Origin: a virus
Virus record (IMG/VR): IMGVR_UViG_3300045988_057866
Reading direction: 5' to 3' (one strand)
DNA: 58,147 nucleotides
Below the pieces are notes generated by a model. The model did not search any database. It worked only from the letters and a program-made list of their open reading frames with translations, and was not told the DNA's origin. Position numbers and translations under genes: made by a program. Shown one piece after another: positions 9,564 through 18,600 of the stretch. The first letter of the stretch is position 1, and each line of letters opens with the position of its first letter.

Positions 9564-9959
9564 ATGTATCATTTGAGACTGATTAAAGCCCTCTCTTATA
9601 CCGGCCTCGTAAGCGCAACACAGAAGAACCCGGACACCTTTACGGAGGATAAGGCTATTGCGGACGACGCAGTAGCCTCCGGCTATTTCACACTGATTGA
9701 GGACGAGGCAGAGGAGGAGCAGCAGGAAGCCAAGTACCACCTCGATAAGGCGCAGCTCGACGAAATGAAGTTCGACGACCTCAAGAAACTTGCGGCTGAC
9801 ATGGGTATCGACATCACCGGCATTAAGAAAAAGGCCGACCTCGTGGACGCTATCGCAGCCGTTGAGGTTGAACCGGGAGAGCCGGTGGACGATGAAAACG
9901 AGGTTGACTACGGCGAGGACGCAGGCAGCCCGACAATGATTGAGCTGCAGGAGCAGTAA
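9564..9959 (+). CDS. Hypothetical protein with a Rho-N/SAP-like motif
   Basis: LKKLAADMGIDITGIKKKADLVDAI resembles the Rho termination factor N-terminal (SAP-like) motif. The protein has acidic linkers. Confidence 0.5.
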   Translation: MYHLRLIKALSYTGLVSATQKNPDTFTEDKAIADDAVASGYFTLIEDEAEEEQQEAKYHLDKAQLDEMKFDDLKKLAADMGIDITGIKKKADLVDAIAAVEVEPGEPVDDENEVDYGEDAGSPTMIELQEQ

Positions 9960-9973
9960 CAGGAGGTGCAGAC

Positions 9974-10357
9974 ATGGCAGACAGACCGTGGGTTACACCA
10001 GACGAGGTAAGGGAGTATTCCGAGATACCAGCGGTTCAGAAGCGCAGCGACGCAAGGCTCACGGTGGATATTGCGAGAGCGGAGCAGTATATCATCACAT
10101 ATACGCACAATTCATTCAAAGATATGGAGGAGGTTCCGCAGGCGGTCAAGACGGCAGTTCTTATACTGGCGGAGGCTTACGCTCACAATGCCATTGTCGC
10201 AGCCAAAGAGGTAAAGTCGGAGACATTCGACGATTACAGCTACACCGCAGAGTCAACGCAGATAAGCGTAGAGGCATTAGACCTCGCCGCCCTGCTTGAC
10301 GACTTTGTTATCACGGAGCCGAGAAACGGCGTAACACTTCGCATGAGGAAATTGTAG
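9974..10357 (+). CDS. Head-tail connector (gp6-like)
   Basis: Position after the capsid gene, size 127 aa, good RBS. The N-terminal WVTPDEVREY pattern is typical of gp6-like connectors. Confidence 0.55.
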   Translation: MADRPWVTPDEVREYSEIPAVQKRSDARLTVDIARAEQYIITYTHNSFKDMEEVPQAVKTAVLILAEAYAHNAIVAAKEVKSETFDDYSYTAESTQISVEALDLAALLDDFVITEPRNGVTLRMRKL

Positions 10358-10368
10358 GGAGGTGCTGA

Positions 10369-10734
10369 ATGAGTTTAGAGAACCTTTTGAACCACACCTG
10401 CAATATTTATCACGCAAGGGAGGAGCAGAAATCACCCGGTTACGGGTTGCCTGCCTCTCCCTCTTTTTATTACCCGGAGGAGCCGGACGTTGCGGAGCAG
10501 GAGTGCCACTTCGGAGTGCGCTCGCAGAGCGTCACTATCACACAGACGCAGCCGGTAAACATCATGGACGCAAAGATAAAGCTCACACTTCCAATCGGGG
10601 CAGACATTCGCCTAAACGACAAGATTGTGGACTGCAAAACCGGGCTTGAGTACACGGCAGAGCAGCCCGTCGATGTAAGAGGACATCACCTATTCGCCTA
10701 TATCAAGAAGATTGGGGAGGAGAAGATGTTATGA
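10369..10734 (+). CDS. Head closure / head-tail adaptor protein
   Basis: Positional call. 121 aa, with an RBS (GGGAGGTG). Confidence 0.5.
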   Translation: MSLENLLNHTCNIYHAREEQKSPGYGLPASPSFYYPEEPDVAEQECHFGVRSQSVTITQTQPVNIMDAKIKLTLPIGADIRLNDKIVDCKTGLEYTAEQPVDVRGHHLFAYIKKIGEEKML

Positions 10735-11246
10735 GCAGGTTAGACATCGACATGACAGAATTCAAAGAGTTTTTCGGAAAAATGGAGCAGTTTGCGAAAG
10801 GGCAATTCAAAGAGGAGCTTATCGAGTATGTAGATACGATAGGCTTCGATTTTTTGCGGGTTGTGCAGGACGAAATCGTGCGCCGCAAGGTTATCGACAC
10901 AAGATTGTTGCTCGCCAGCTTTGAAAAAGGCAGTGCAGGCAACATTTGGGAGATTGCCGACGGAGGGCTGACGCTGGAAGTCGGAACCAATGTGGAGTAT
11001 GCGACGTATGTTCACGACGGACACTGGACGAACAGCAAGGGCGTAGCGCAGCGGTGGGTTCCCGGTTACTGGGAGGGAGACCGCTTCATATACGACCCGG
11101 CGGCAAAGACGGGTATGTTGCTGAAACAGAAGTGGGTAAAAGGCAACCCGTACTTTGACAGCGCAATCCGTATCTACAACAAAATTTTTCAAGCCAGCCT
11201 TGAGGTCAAGCTGGAAGAATGGCTCGACAAGTATCTTGGCGGCTGA
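10731..11246 (+). CDS. HK97 gp10-family tail-component protein
   Basis: The YATYVHDGHWT motif and the position in the head-tail joining block support the call. Confidence 0.6.
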   Translation: MSRLDIDMTEFKEFFGKMEQFAKGQFKEELIEYVDTIGFDFLRVVQDEIVRRKVIDTRLLLASFEKGSAGNIWEIADGGLTLEVGTNVEYATYVHDGHWTNSKGVAQRWVPGYWEGDRFIYDPAAKTGMLLKQKWVKGNPYFDSAIRIYNKIFQASLEVKLEEWLDKYLGG

Positions 11247-11260
11247 TAGGAGGCGGGAAA

Positions 11261-11821
11261 GTGCTTGAGCAGGAATTAGCCAGCATTATCAAATTCACGC
11301 TCGACAGAGCAGGAAACCCGTCGCCGTACTACTGGAACGTACAGGAGAACTTCTGCGTACCAGCAGCTTATTTCCCTACGCCGGAGATTATGACAGGAGG
11401 AGAAACGCTACGGACGTATTCTATGGACTACGCATGGTATATCATGTTTTTCCACCATACGGCGCAGGAGGCGTATGCTCTTGGGCTTTCAGTTCTTACG
11501 GCGATTAAGGGCAGCAGGAACCTCATACCGCTCATAACGGAAACGGGAGAGCCAGCAGGAGGGAAACTGCGAATAGACGACCCCTCACTCAAGATTTTGG
11601 ACGACGGGGCCGCACAACTTACGCTGAATTGGAGGAGCCGCAGGCCGTATGACATGACCGAGGCGACGAAAATGCAGACGTTTGAGGTGGAGGGCTGGAA
11701 AAACCCGGATATTTACATCGAAAGAGTGATACCGGCGGCCTTTGCAGAGGCTATCACGCATTGCAAGACCATGTACCCGACACCGCCACAAAACGCCGGG
11801 ACAATACCCGGTAAACCATAA
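11261..11821 (+). CDS. Tail completion / tail terminator-like protein
   Basis: GTG at 11261 sits 7 nt after AGGAGG (11248-11253) and just after the upstream stop. The ORF-track ATG at 11219 would overlap the previous gene and has no RBS. The functional call is positional. Confidence 0.5.
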   Translation: MLEQELASIIKFTLDRAGNPSPYYWNVQENFCVPAAYFPTPEIMTGGETLRTYSMDYAWYIMFFHHTAQEAYALGLSVLTAIKGSRNLIPLITETGEPAGGKLRIDDPSLKILDDGAAQLTLNWRSRRPYDMTEATKMQTFEVEGWKNPDIYIERVIPAAFAEAITHCKTMYPTPPQNAGTIPGKP

Positions 11822-11833
11822 GGAGGAGCTTTT

Positions 11834-12055
11834 ATGGCACAGAAAGACACGGCAGCCGGAGTAACCGAGGAGAAAACCGTCGAAAAAGCAGCGGCTCCGA
11901 AGTTCCCGGTGGAGAAACTGGCTGCGCATTGCAGGCAGCTTTTTGGCGTTTCCTCTTGCACCTTTGCAGGGGCGACGCAGGGCATGACGGGAGAACACAC
12001 CGTCGAAGAAATGAAAGCGCACATCAAGAAATGGTGCGGACAGGAGGTTAAGTAA
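11834..12055 (+). CDS. Hypothetical small protein upstream of sheath
   Basis: A 73-aa ORF with an RBS (AAGGAGGAG). Confidence 0.5.
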   Translation: MAQKDTAAGVTEEKTVEKAAAPKFPVEKLAAHCRQLFGVSSCTFAGATQGMTGEHTVEEMKAHIKKWCGQEVK

Positions 12056-13393
12056 ATGGCAGGAGGAACATTCGACAAGCAGGTTGGTAAAGACCGTCCG
12101 GGTACTTATATCAACTTCCAGAGCGGCAAGCACGACACCGTAGGCGGCAGTGACCGTGGTATCGTCATTATCCCGCTCAAGAACCACAACTACGGCCCCA
12201 AAGGGGAATTTATCACCCTTACGGCAGCAGCCCCGGACGCTGCGTATGCAAAGCTGGGTTACAGCATTTACGACAGCGACGACAATCGCCAGATGTTGCT
12301 TATTCGTGAGGCGTTCAAGAAAGCCGCAACGGTCATTGTTTACCGTGTGAACGGAGGAACCGAAGCGAAAGTAACCGCTGCGCCGGTTACTGCGAAAGCA
12401 AAATATCCCGGCACGAGAGGTAATCAGTTCAGCTTTACTGTTTCCGAGAACCCGGTAGAGGGCTTTGACGTACAGGTAAACCTCGCAGGCAGCAAGGTAG
12501 CGGAGTACACCGGTCTCAAGACCGTAGAGGAACTGGTAGCGCAGGATTGCGAGTATATCACATTCAGCGGTACCGGCGCACTGGTTAAGAACGCCGGGGC
12601 AAACCTTACCGGCGGAACTGATGTAACCATGCAGAACGCCGATGTAACAGCACTGCTCGACGCAAGCGAGGGCGTGAAGTTCAACTGTATGTGCTTCCCG
12701 TTCGCGGAGGCAGCTCTGCAGGCGGCAGCAAAGACCAAAATCAAGTACATTCGTGAGAACATCGGAAAGGGTGTTCAGATTGCTATTCCGAACACGGCCT
12801 CTGGCGATTATGAGGGCGTTATCAATGTTACCAACAGCGTAACAGTTGACGGCGTTGACCTCACAGCGGAGGAGGCTTGCGCTTGGGTTGCGGCAGCGAC
12901 GGCAGCAGCAAAGAACACGCAGAGTAACACCTACGTCGAGTACGACGGTGCAACCGCCGTTGTAGGCGCAAAAACTCACGAGGAAGCGGTAGCGGCTATC
13001 AAGAACGGTGAGTTTTTCTTCTCCGTAAGCGAGGAGAGCAAAGTTGTTGTTGAGTACGACATCAACAGCCTTGTGAGCTTCAAGGACGGCAAGGACAAGT
13101 CCTACCGCAAGAACAGAGTTATCCGTGTGTTTGATACTTTCGGAGAGGCTTTGCAGCTCAACTTCCCTCCGAACAAATATGACAATGACCCGGACGGCTG
13201 GGACATCATGGAGGGCATTGGCCGCTCGCTCTTGAAGAAATTCAGAGACGCAGGGGCTATCAAGAACGTAGACCTCGACAACGACTTTCTTGTTGACAGA
13301 GAGCTTTCCGAGGGAGATGAGACCTACTTCAATGTCGGCCTCGAACCCGTTGACAGCTCCGAGAAAATCTACTTCACGGTCACTACACGATAA
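12056..13393 (+). CDS. Contractile tail sheath protein (XkdK-like)
   Basis: The N-terminus MAGGTFDKQVGKDRPGTYINFQS is typical of PBSX XkdK-type sheaths. Length is 445 aa and a tube gene follows. Confidence 0.85.
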   Translation: MAGGTFDKQVGKDRPGTYINFQSGKHDTVGGSDRGIVIIPLKNHNYGPKGEFITLTAAAPDAAYAKLGYSIYDSDDNRQMLLIREAFKKAATVIVYRVNGGTEAKVTAAPVTAKAKYPGTRGNQFSFTVSENPVEGFDVQVNLAGSKVAEYTGLKTVEELVAQDCEYITFSGTGALVKNAGANLTGGTDVTMQNADVTALLDASEGVKFNCMCFPFAEAALQAAAKTKIKYIRENIGKGVQIAIPNTASGDYEGVINVTNSVTVDGVDLTAEEACAWVAAATAAAKNTQSNTYVEYDGATAVVGAKTHEEAVAAIKNGEFFFSVSEESKVVVEYDINSLVSFKDGKDKSYRKNRVIRVFDTFGEALQLNFPPNKYDNDPDGWDIMEGIGRSLLKKFRDAGAIKNVDLDNDFLVDRELSEGDETYFNVGLEPVDSSEKIYFTVTTR

Positions 13394-13408
13394 GGAGGAT
13401 AAGCGGAT

Positions 13409-13837
13409 ATGGAATATAACAAAAATCCGATTTCCCTTAGAGAGGGAAAGGTATTCATTGACGGCGTAGAATGCCTTGATAGTGTCAACTGCACTATCAA
13501 ATTTACGCCGGACGTTTGGACGGGCAAGCAGTTGGGCGAGCGTTCCAACAGCAGTCGTTGGCTTGGCTTTGCCATCACCGGCACTATCACCCGCCGCCGC
13601 TCCAACAACTGGCTCAAGACCAAGATTAAGGAATACGCAGCCAGCGGAGCGACCCCGGAGCTTACTATTCAGGGCATTATGAACGATGCCAACAGCGACT
13701 ACTACGCAGCTCACGGCTCCGACGTGACAACCGTTGTCGGCTGCGTACTTACCGGCGATTTGCCTCTTACTGCGCTTGACAGCGAGGGACAGGTCGTAGA
13801 CGACGCTATCAACTTCAACGGCAAAGACCTCGTATAA
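13409..13837 (+). CDS. Tail tube protein (XkdM-like)
   Basis: A 142-aa ORF immediately after the sheath gene, with a strong RBS. Confidence 0.8.
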   Translation: MEYNKNPISLREGKVFIDGVECLDSVNCTIKFTPDVWTGKQLGERSNSSRWLGFAITGTITRRRSNNWLKTKIKEYAASGATPELTIQGIMNDANSDYYAAHGSDVTTVVGCVLTGDLPLTALDSEGQVVDDAINFNGKDLV

Positions 13838-13862
13838 GGTCTGAAACCAGAACCAACGAAAC

Positions 13863-13899
13863 AGCCCCTCGACGGCCAGAAACCGGGAGGGGCTTTATT
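13863..13899 (+). terminator. Hairpin with a weak T-tract after the tube gene (possible attenuating terminator)
   Basis: AGCCCCTC (13863-13870) pairs with GAGGGGCT (13887-13894) and is followed by TTATT. Confidence 0.4.
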
Positions 13900-13922
13900 C
13901 ATTGTAAAGGAGAAAATTCATC

Positions 13923-14390
13923 ATGGCTAAGAAAGATTTGAAATATTTTATGCGCAGCACTGAGGCAGAAGTTGTTACCGCTCCCGGCCCGGAGAGTTTC
14001 AAGGACGAGGACGGCAATGTTATCCAGTTTGAAATCAAGGTGCTTTCGCAGGAGGAAATCAACCGTATCAACGACAACTACCGCCGCCACAGCATGGCAA
14101 CCGACAAGAAAGGCAATCCGCTCGTAAATGGTGGCGAGGTTGTTTGGAAAACTGAGAGGGACAGCGCAAAGGCCAGCCGTCACATGATTGTTGAGGCATT
14201 GCAGTACCCAGACCTCAAAGACCCGGAGCTGATGAAGTATTACGGCTGCGTGGACGTAACAGATATGCCTCTCAAGGTATTCCCGAAGCCGGACGAGTAC
14301 CAGCACGTTTCCCGTATCGTTATGCAGGCCCTCGGCCTTATGAGCAAGGTTACTGACGACGAGGACGTAGAAGCAGCAAAAAACTCATAA
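13923..14390 (+). CDS. Tail assembly chaperone (XkdN-like), zero-frame product
   Basis: A 155-aa acidic protein between the tube and tape measure genes. It ends 4 nt after an A_AAA_AAC slippery heptamer. Confidence 0.7.
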   Translation: MAKKDLKYFMRSTEAEVVTAPGPESFKDEDGNVIQFEIKVLSQEEINRINDNYRRHSMATDKKGNPLVNGGEVVWKTERDSAKASRHMIVEALQYPDLKDPELMKYYGCVDVTDMPLKVFPKPDEYQHVSRIVMQALGLMSKVTDDEDVEAAKNS

Positions 14391-14551
14391 ACACTCCCGG
14401 CGGAGACGGATATTGGGCGAGTATCTTGTGGCAGCGGCATAACCTCCGCATGGAGGAATTTTATGCCATGCCACGGAGATTGCAGCTCTTGTATATTGCG
14501 TCTGAGCTTGAGGAGGACAGGAACCCTACGAGGCGAGATACAAGGCAGTGA
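13923..14551 (+). CDS. Tail assembly chaperone, predicted -1 frameshift product (join 13923..14384, 14384..14551)
   Basis: The -1 frame is open from 14357 to the TGA at 14549-14551. The slippery heptamer A_AAA_AAC lies at 14378-14384 in the correct phase. The extension reads LINTPGGDGYWASILWQRHNLRMEEFYAMPRRLQLLYIASELEEDRNPTRRDTRQ. Confidence 0.55.
14378..14384 (+). promoter_or_regulatory. Programmed -1 ribosomal frameshift slippery site A_AAA_AAC
   Basis: The zero-frame codons are GCA AAA AAC TCA TAA, so the heptamer fits X_XXY_YYZ phasing. Confidence 0.55.
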
Positions 14552-14552
14552 T

Positions 14553-15563
14553 TTATTCGTCCCCGATGTCGAGCGTCCATATTCTTTTCAGCGGGATTTT
14601 TTGCTTTATTTCATCATCGAGAGAGGAGTAGCAGGCGAGCAGTTCTTCGATAATTTCCTTTTTCGACCATAAGCGAACCTTGAAGAATTGCATAGCGCGT
14701 TCACGCTCAACAGAGGAGCGGAAACCACTCCACGAAACCAAGAGGCCGTATTCAGCACCGACATTCGCCATAGTGCCTATGAGCTGGTCTAAAATGATAC
14801 GGTCAATAGCATCATTCGTGGATTTCACCTGTACGCAGATTTTCGGAGAGGAGAACCCAAGACTACCGGCAGAAGCAAGAATGTCAACGCCGTGGTCGGG
14901 GCCTTTTGGACTGACGTGGGTAACGAAACCTTTCGCCCGGAGGATTGCAGCAACGATGTGAGCAAGGCCGTCGCCCTTGAAGTTCTGAATTATGAAATCG
15001 GAGATAGCGTCAAGAGATTCGGTCTCAATGTCCCGAAACGGGGAATTTTCCGGGGGGGGGGTAAACGCTTGTTCACTATTTGGGGCAGGACGGAACAGGG
15101 AAACAGATTTCTTTATTCTGGCCTCCTGCTTTATTTGGCAGGTGGTAATAGCAGCACCAAGCGAGTATTGAATATCCTGCTCAAAAACGCTTTTCGGAAC
15201 ATCAGAGAACCACTCGACAGAGCGGGAGTGACGGTAACAGTCCTCGGCCTCTGTATCAAAGGCATATTCGCCCACGATTTTTCCGAAATGGAGTATTCCG
15301 GGCAGATTTTTACTCGGAGTGATAACCCAATCATCGACGGACATTCGGCTGCTGAAAATGTGAGCTTGGCTTGCAAAATTTAAGGCCGCCCTCTCCTTGA
15401 GGGTTGGGACTTTTTCGAGGAAATACTGCTGGATTGCAGCTCTCCCGGAAAAGGAATTTAGTGGTTTATCTATTTCTTCAAACGTGAAGTAGATTTTATT
15501 GTTTTCAAGGAACCGTGCTTCATGCTCCCCAAAGCGTCCGGCACGGCACAACCATATAGACAT
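14553..15563 (-). CDS. Mrr-family (type IV-like) restriction endonuclease; a moron on the opposite strand inside the tail module
   Basis: The C-terminal Mrr_cat-like PD-(D/E)xK core reads GPDHGVDILA...ICVQVKS. The N-terminal MSIWLCRAGRFGEHE... resembles a common N-terminal domain of 'restriction endonuclease' proteins. ATG at 15563 sits 9 nt after GGGAGG; the ORF-track GTG at 15569 is too close to that RBS. Confidence 0.7.
   Translation of the reverse strand: MSIWLCRAGRFGEHEARFLENNKIYFTFEEIDKPLNSFSGRAAIQQYFLEKVPTLKERAALNFASQAHIFSSRMSVDDWVITPSKNLPGILHFGKIVGEYAFDTEAEDCYRHSRSVEWFSDVPKSVFEQDIQYSLGAAITTCQIKQEARIKKSVSLFRPAPNSEQAFTPPPENSPFRDIETESLDAISDFIIQNFKGDGLAHIVAAILRAKGFVTHVSPKGPDHGVDILASAGSLGFSSPKICVQVKSTNDAIDRIILDQLIGTMANVGAEYGLLVSWSGFRSSVERERAMQFFKVRLWSKKEIIEELLACYSSLDDEIKQKIPLKRIWTLDIGDE
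15052..15061. repeat. G10 (C10 on the coding strand) homopolymer inside the Mrr-like gene
   Basis: Counted by eye: ten consecutive G at 15052-15061. They encode T-P-P-P in the linker between the N-terminal domain and the nuclease domain. Confidence 0.9.
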
Positions 15564-15695
15564 AGGCACAGACCTCCCATTTTTTCTTAAATATTACCAC
15601 GGGAGGAAGCGAAAAAGGGTCAAGTACCCAAAAAGCGGCAAAAGAAATCGAAATAAAAAATTTAGCCCCGAAACAGGACAGAGGAGGTGAGGATA

Positions 15696-18600
15696 ATGCA
15701 AGAATTAAAAGCCAGATTTAGTCTGCTGGACGACATGAGCGCACAGATAGAACGAATTGCAGAGGCCGGTATGCAAATGGTTGAGCAGTTTGAGGACGCA
15801 GGCAGCGCAGCCGGAGACGCTTTTGACGGTATCGAGAGCGGCGTTGCGACAGCGGCAGGCTCAGTAGACGGCGTTGCAACCTCTATCGGTAATGTGCAGG
15901 AGGCGACAGACAGTGCAGCAGCCGCTATGGACGATTACGGAAACGCTGCAACCGGGGCGGCAGGACAGGCGGACGCACTGGCGAACTCAGCGGAAAGCGC
16001 AGCAGAGGCGGCGGAATCGTTTACAGACGCAGCGGACGGCTACGGGAATGCAGCAGAGCAGGCAGCCTCACAGACCGATTACTGGACGGAGGCAGTCGGA
16101 AACTACGATAAGAGCGCATTGGAGGCGGTTTACTCTACGGAGGAGCTTGTCGAAATGGGCTTCAAGTCAGCGGATGCACTGGAAGAACAGGAACGAATGT
16201 TTGAACTGTGCGAACAGTCGGCCAGCAATTTGAGCAAGAGCATAGAGGCTACTTCCGATATACAGTCCGATTTGAACGCAGCCATGGAGCAGGCGGCAGA
16301 GGTAATGACAAGTGTTGCCGACAATGAAAATGTTTCTGCAGAGACTAAAGCGGAGCTTTCAAAAGCTGCGGTCGAAGCAGCAGAGGCAATGTCGGAACTG
16401 AACGCGGCGCAGCAGGACGCAGAGGCAGCTATGGCGGAATATGACGCTGTTATGACTTCCGGGACGACAGACCTCGGAGAACTTGAAAGTGCGGCGGAAC
16501 GAGCCGGGATTGCAGCGGAGAACCTTGCGGCAGCAAACGGCAGGGCCAGCGAAGCGACCGACGAACTCTCAAAAGCAACCGAACAGGCCAGCGAGGAAGC
16601 GGAGAAAGCAGAAAAGAAAGGCACAGACGCAGTTGAGGGCATTGCACAAGCCCTTGCAGCGGCCGGAATCACTGCAATGGTAAAAGATATTGCCGATTCT
16701 GCTTACGAGCTTGTTGAGGCGTTCAGTGAGGCAGAGAGTACGGTTGTGAAAGCAACCGGAGCAAGCGGAGAAGCACTCGACGGGCTTACGGCAAGCATGA
16801 TGGACGCTTACGCAGCTTCAAAATCCGGTTCACTTGATGATACAGCCGGAGCTATCGGAGAGATTAACACCCGTATGGCACTTACCGGCGAGGAACTTAC
16901 AAAGGTTACAGGGCAGTTCCTTGACTACGCAGAGATTACAGGAACGAATGTCGTAGGTTCCGTTCAGAACGTCACCAAGATTATGAATAAGTGGGGCGTT
17001 GAGGCGACGGACGTTGAGAGCGTTCTTGATAAACTCGCATACGCCGGGCAGATTTCCGGTATTTCTGTTGATAGTTTGAGCAGCACCCTTATTACGGGTT
17101 CGGCTTCATTACAGGAAATGGGATTGTCTCTCGATAATGCGATTAGTTTGCTTGCAAGCCTTGAACTTTACGGCATGAACAGCACGACAGTTGTTACGGC
17201 TATGAGAACGGCTGTAAAGAACTTTTCAGCAGACGGTCTCGACGCTCAGACAGCATTACAGAGTACCATAACAGAGATTGCCAATATGGAGAACGCTGCA
17301 GACGCTACGGCTCTTGCTATTGACACATTCGGCAGCAGAGCCGGTGTAGATATGGCAAACGCTATCAGAAGCGGAGCAATCAGTATAGAGACCTTAACGG
17401 GAAATCTCGATGTTGCACAAGGAACATTGAGCAGCACCGCAGAGACAGCACAGACCCTCGACCAGAAATGGGAGCAGGCAAGCAAGAACATCAATTCGGC
17501 ATTCACGACGACGGTACAGCCTACGGTCGATAAACTTTCGAGCAGATTCGCAGATTTGGCAAACTCCGTCGGAGACTTCTTAAACGACCACCCAACGGTT
17601 ACAAAAGCAATTACAGCGATAGGAGTTGGAGCGGGAACAGTGGCAGTTGCTATTGCTGGCGTTGCGTTTGCAACATCTTCCGCAATACCGGCTATTGTTT
17701 CGTTTGGCGTTTCTCTGAACGCTGCACTTGGCCCGATTGGCTGGGTAGCACTCGGAATTACGGCGGTGACGGCGGCGGTAGCGGCGTTTGTTGCTATGTC
17801 GGACGATGAGCAGGCGGCAACGGAACGACTGACCTATTCAGCAAGAGAGCACGAGGCGACCCTCGAACAGCTTAATGCTGAATATGACGAGGCAGTAAGC
17901 AAATACGGAGCCAGCTCGGAGCAGGCCGGAGAACTTGCAGTACAGATTTCACGGCTTGAGGCAGCTTACGGAGACGCAGGAAAAACCATAGGACAGTTCA
18001 TTGAGGAGATTGAGCAGACCGGAGAGGCGATTGCAGACATTCAGACAAAATACGACGATGCGGTAACTTCGGCCTCTGATTTGGAAAAAGGCTCGATGAA
18101 CCTTGCTAGTCAGCTTATGGTTCTTTCGAGCCAGAGCGACATTACCAGTGCTGACCTCGATTTGATGAGTGGCATTGTTGATAAATTGAACGACAACTAC
18201 GGAGAACTCTCTCTTGCTGTTGACAAAACCACTGGAAAGCTGAATATGTCGGTTCCGGAGCTTTATTCGTTTATACAGGAAAAGGCCGACGAACAGAAAA
18301 AGACGGCAGCCACAGACGCACTCACAGAGGCAATCTCGAAATACGGAGAGGCACGGAAGCAAATGCAGGACGCTTCAACGGAGGTTGGTGCAGCGTGGGA
18401 TAACTACCAAGAAATGACCGAGAAATGGCGCACAGAGCATCCGATAAAGGCGTATTTGGGCGAGGGTGCCGAAATGAACTGGGACAAAGACCTCGGACAG
18501 GCTTTTGATGATTGGGAGGCGTTGAAAGACGCTTCGGCGGAAGCTTCGGAGAATTACAATCAGCTTGAGGAACAGATTCGCCAGTATTGCGAGACCCTTG

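Noticed and set aside
11585-13714. Very long minus-strand ORF (709 aa) opposite the sheath and tube genes
   Set aside because: It has no RBS. The protein is low-complexity and rich in Val/Leu/Arg/Cys, with no recognisable motif. The plus strand here encodes clearly recognisable sheath and tube proteins with strong RBSs. It is a shadow ORF.
14463-14672. Plus-strand 69-aa ORF downstream of the chaperone gene
   Set aside because: It has the wrong frame for the frameshift product, it overlaps the 3' end of the Mrr-like gene on the other strand, and it has no RBS.
16130-16672. Minus-strand and alternative-frame ORFs inside the tape measure gene (also 15874-16233, 17949-18362, 19317-20174)
   Set aside because: These are Ala/Ser-rich shadow frames produced by the GCN/GAR-rich codon composition of the tape measure gene. 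They have no RBS and no motifs.
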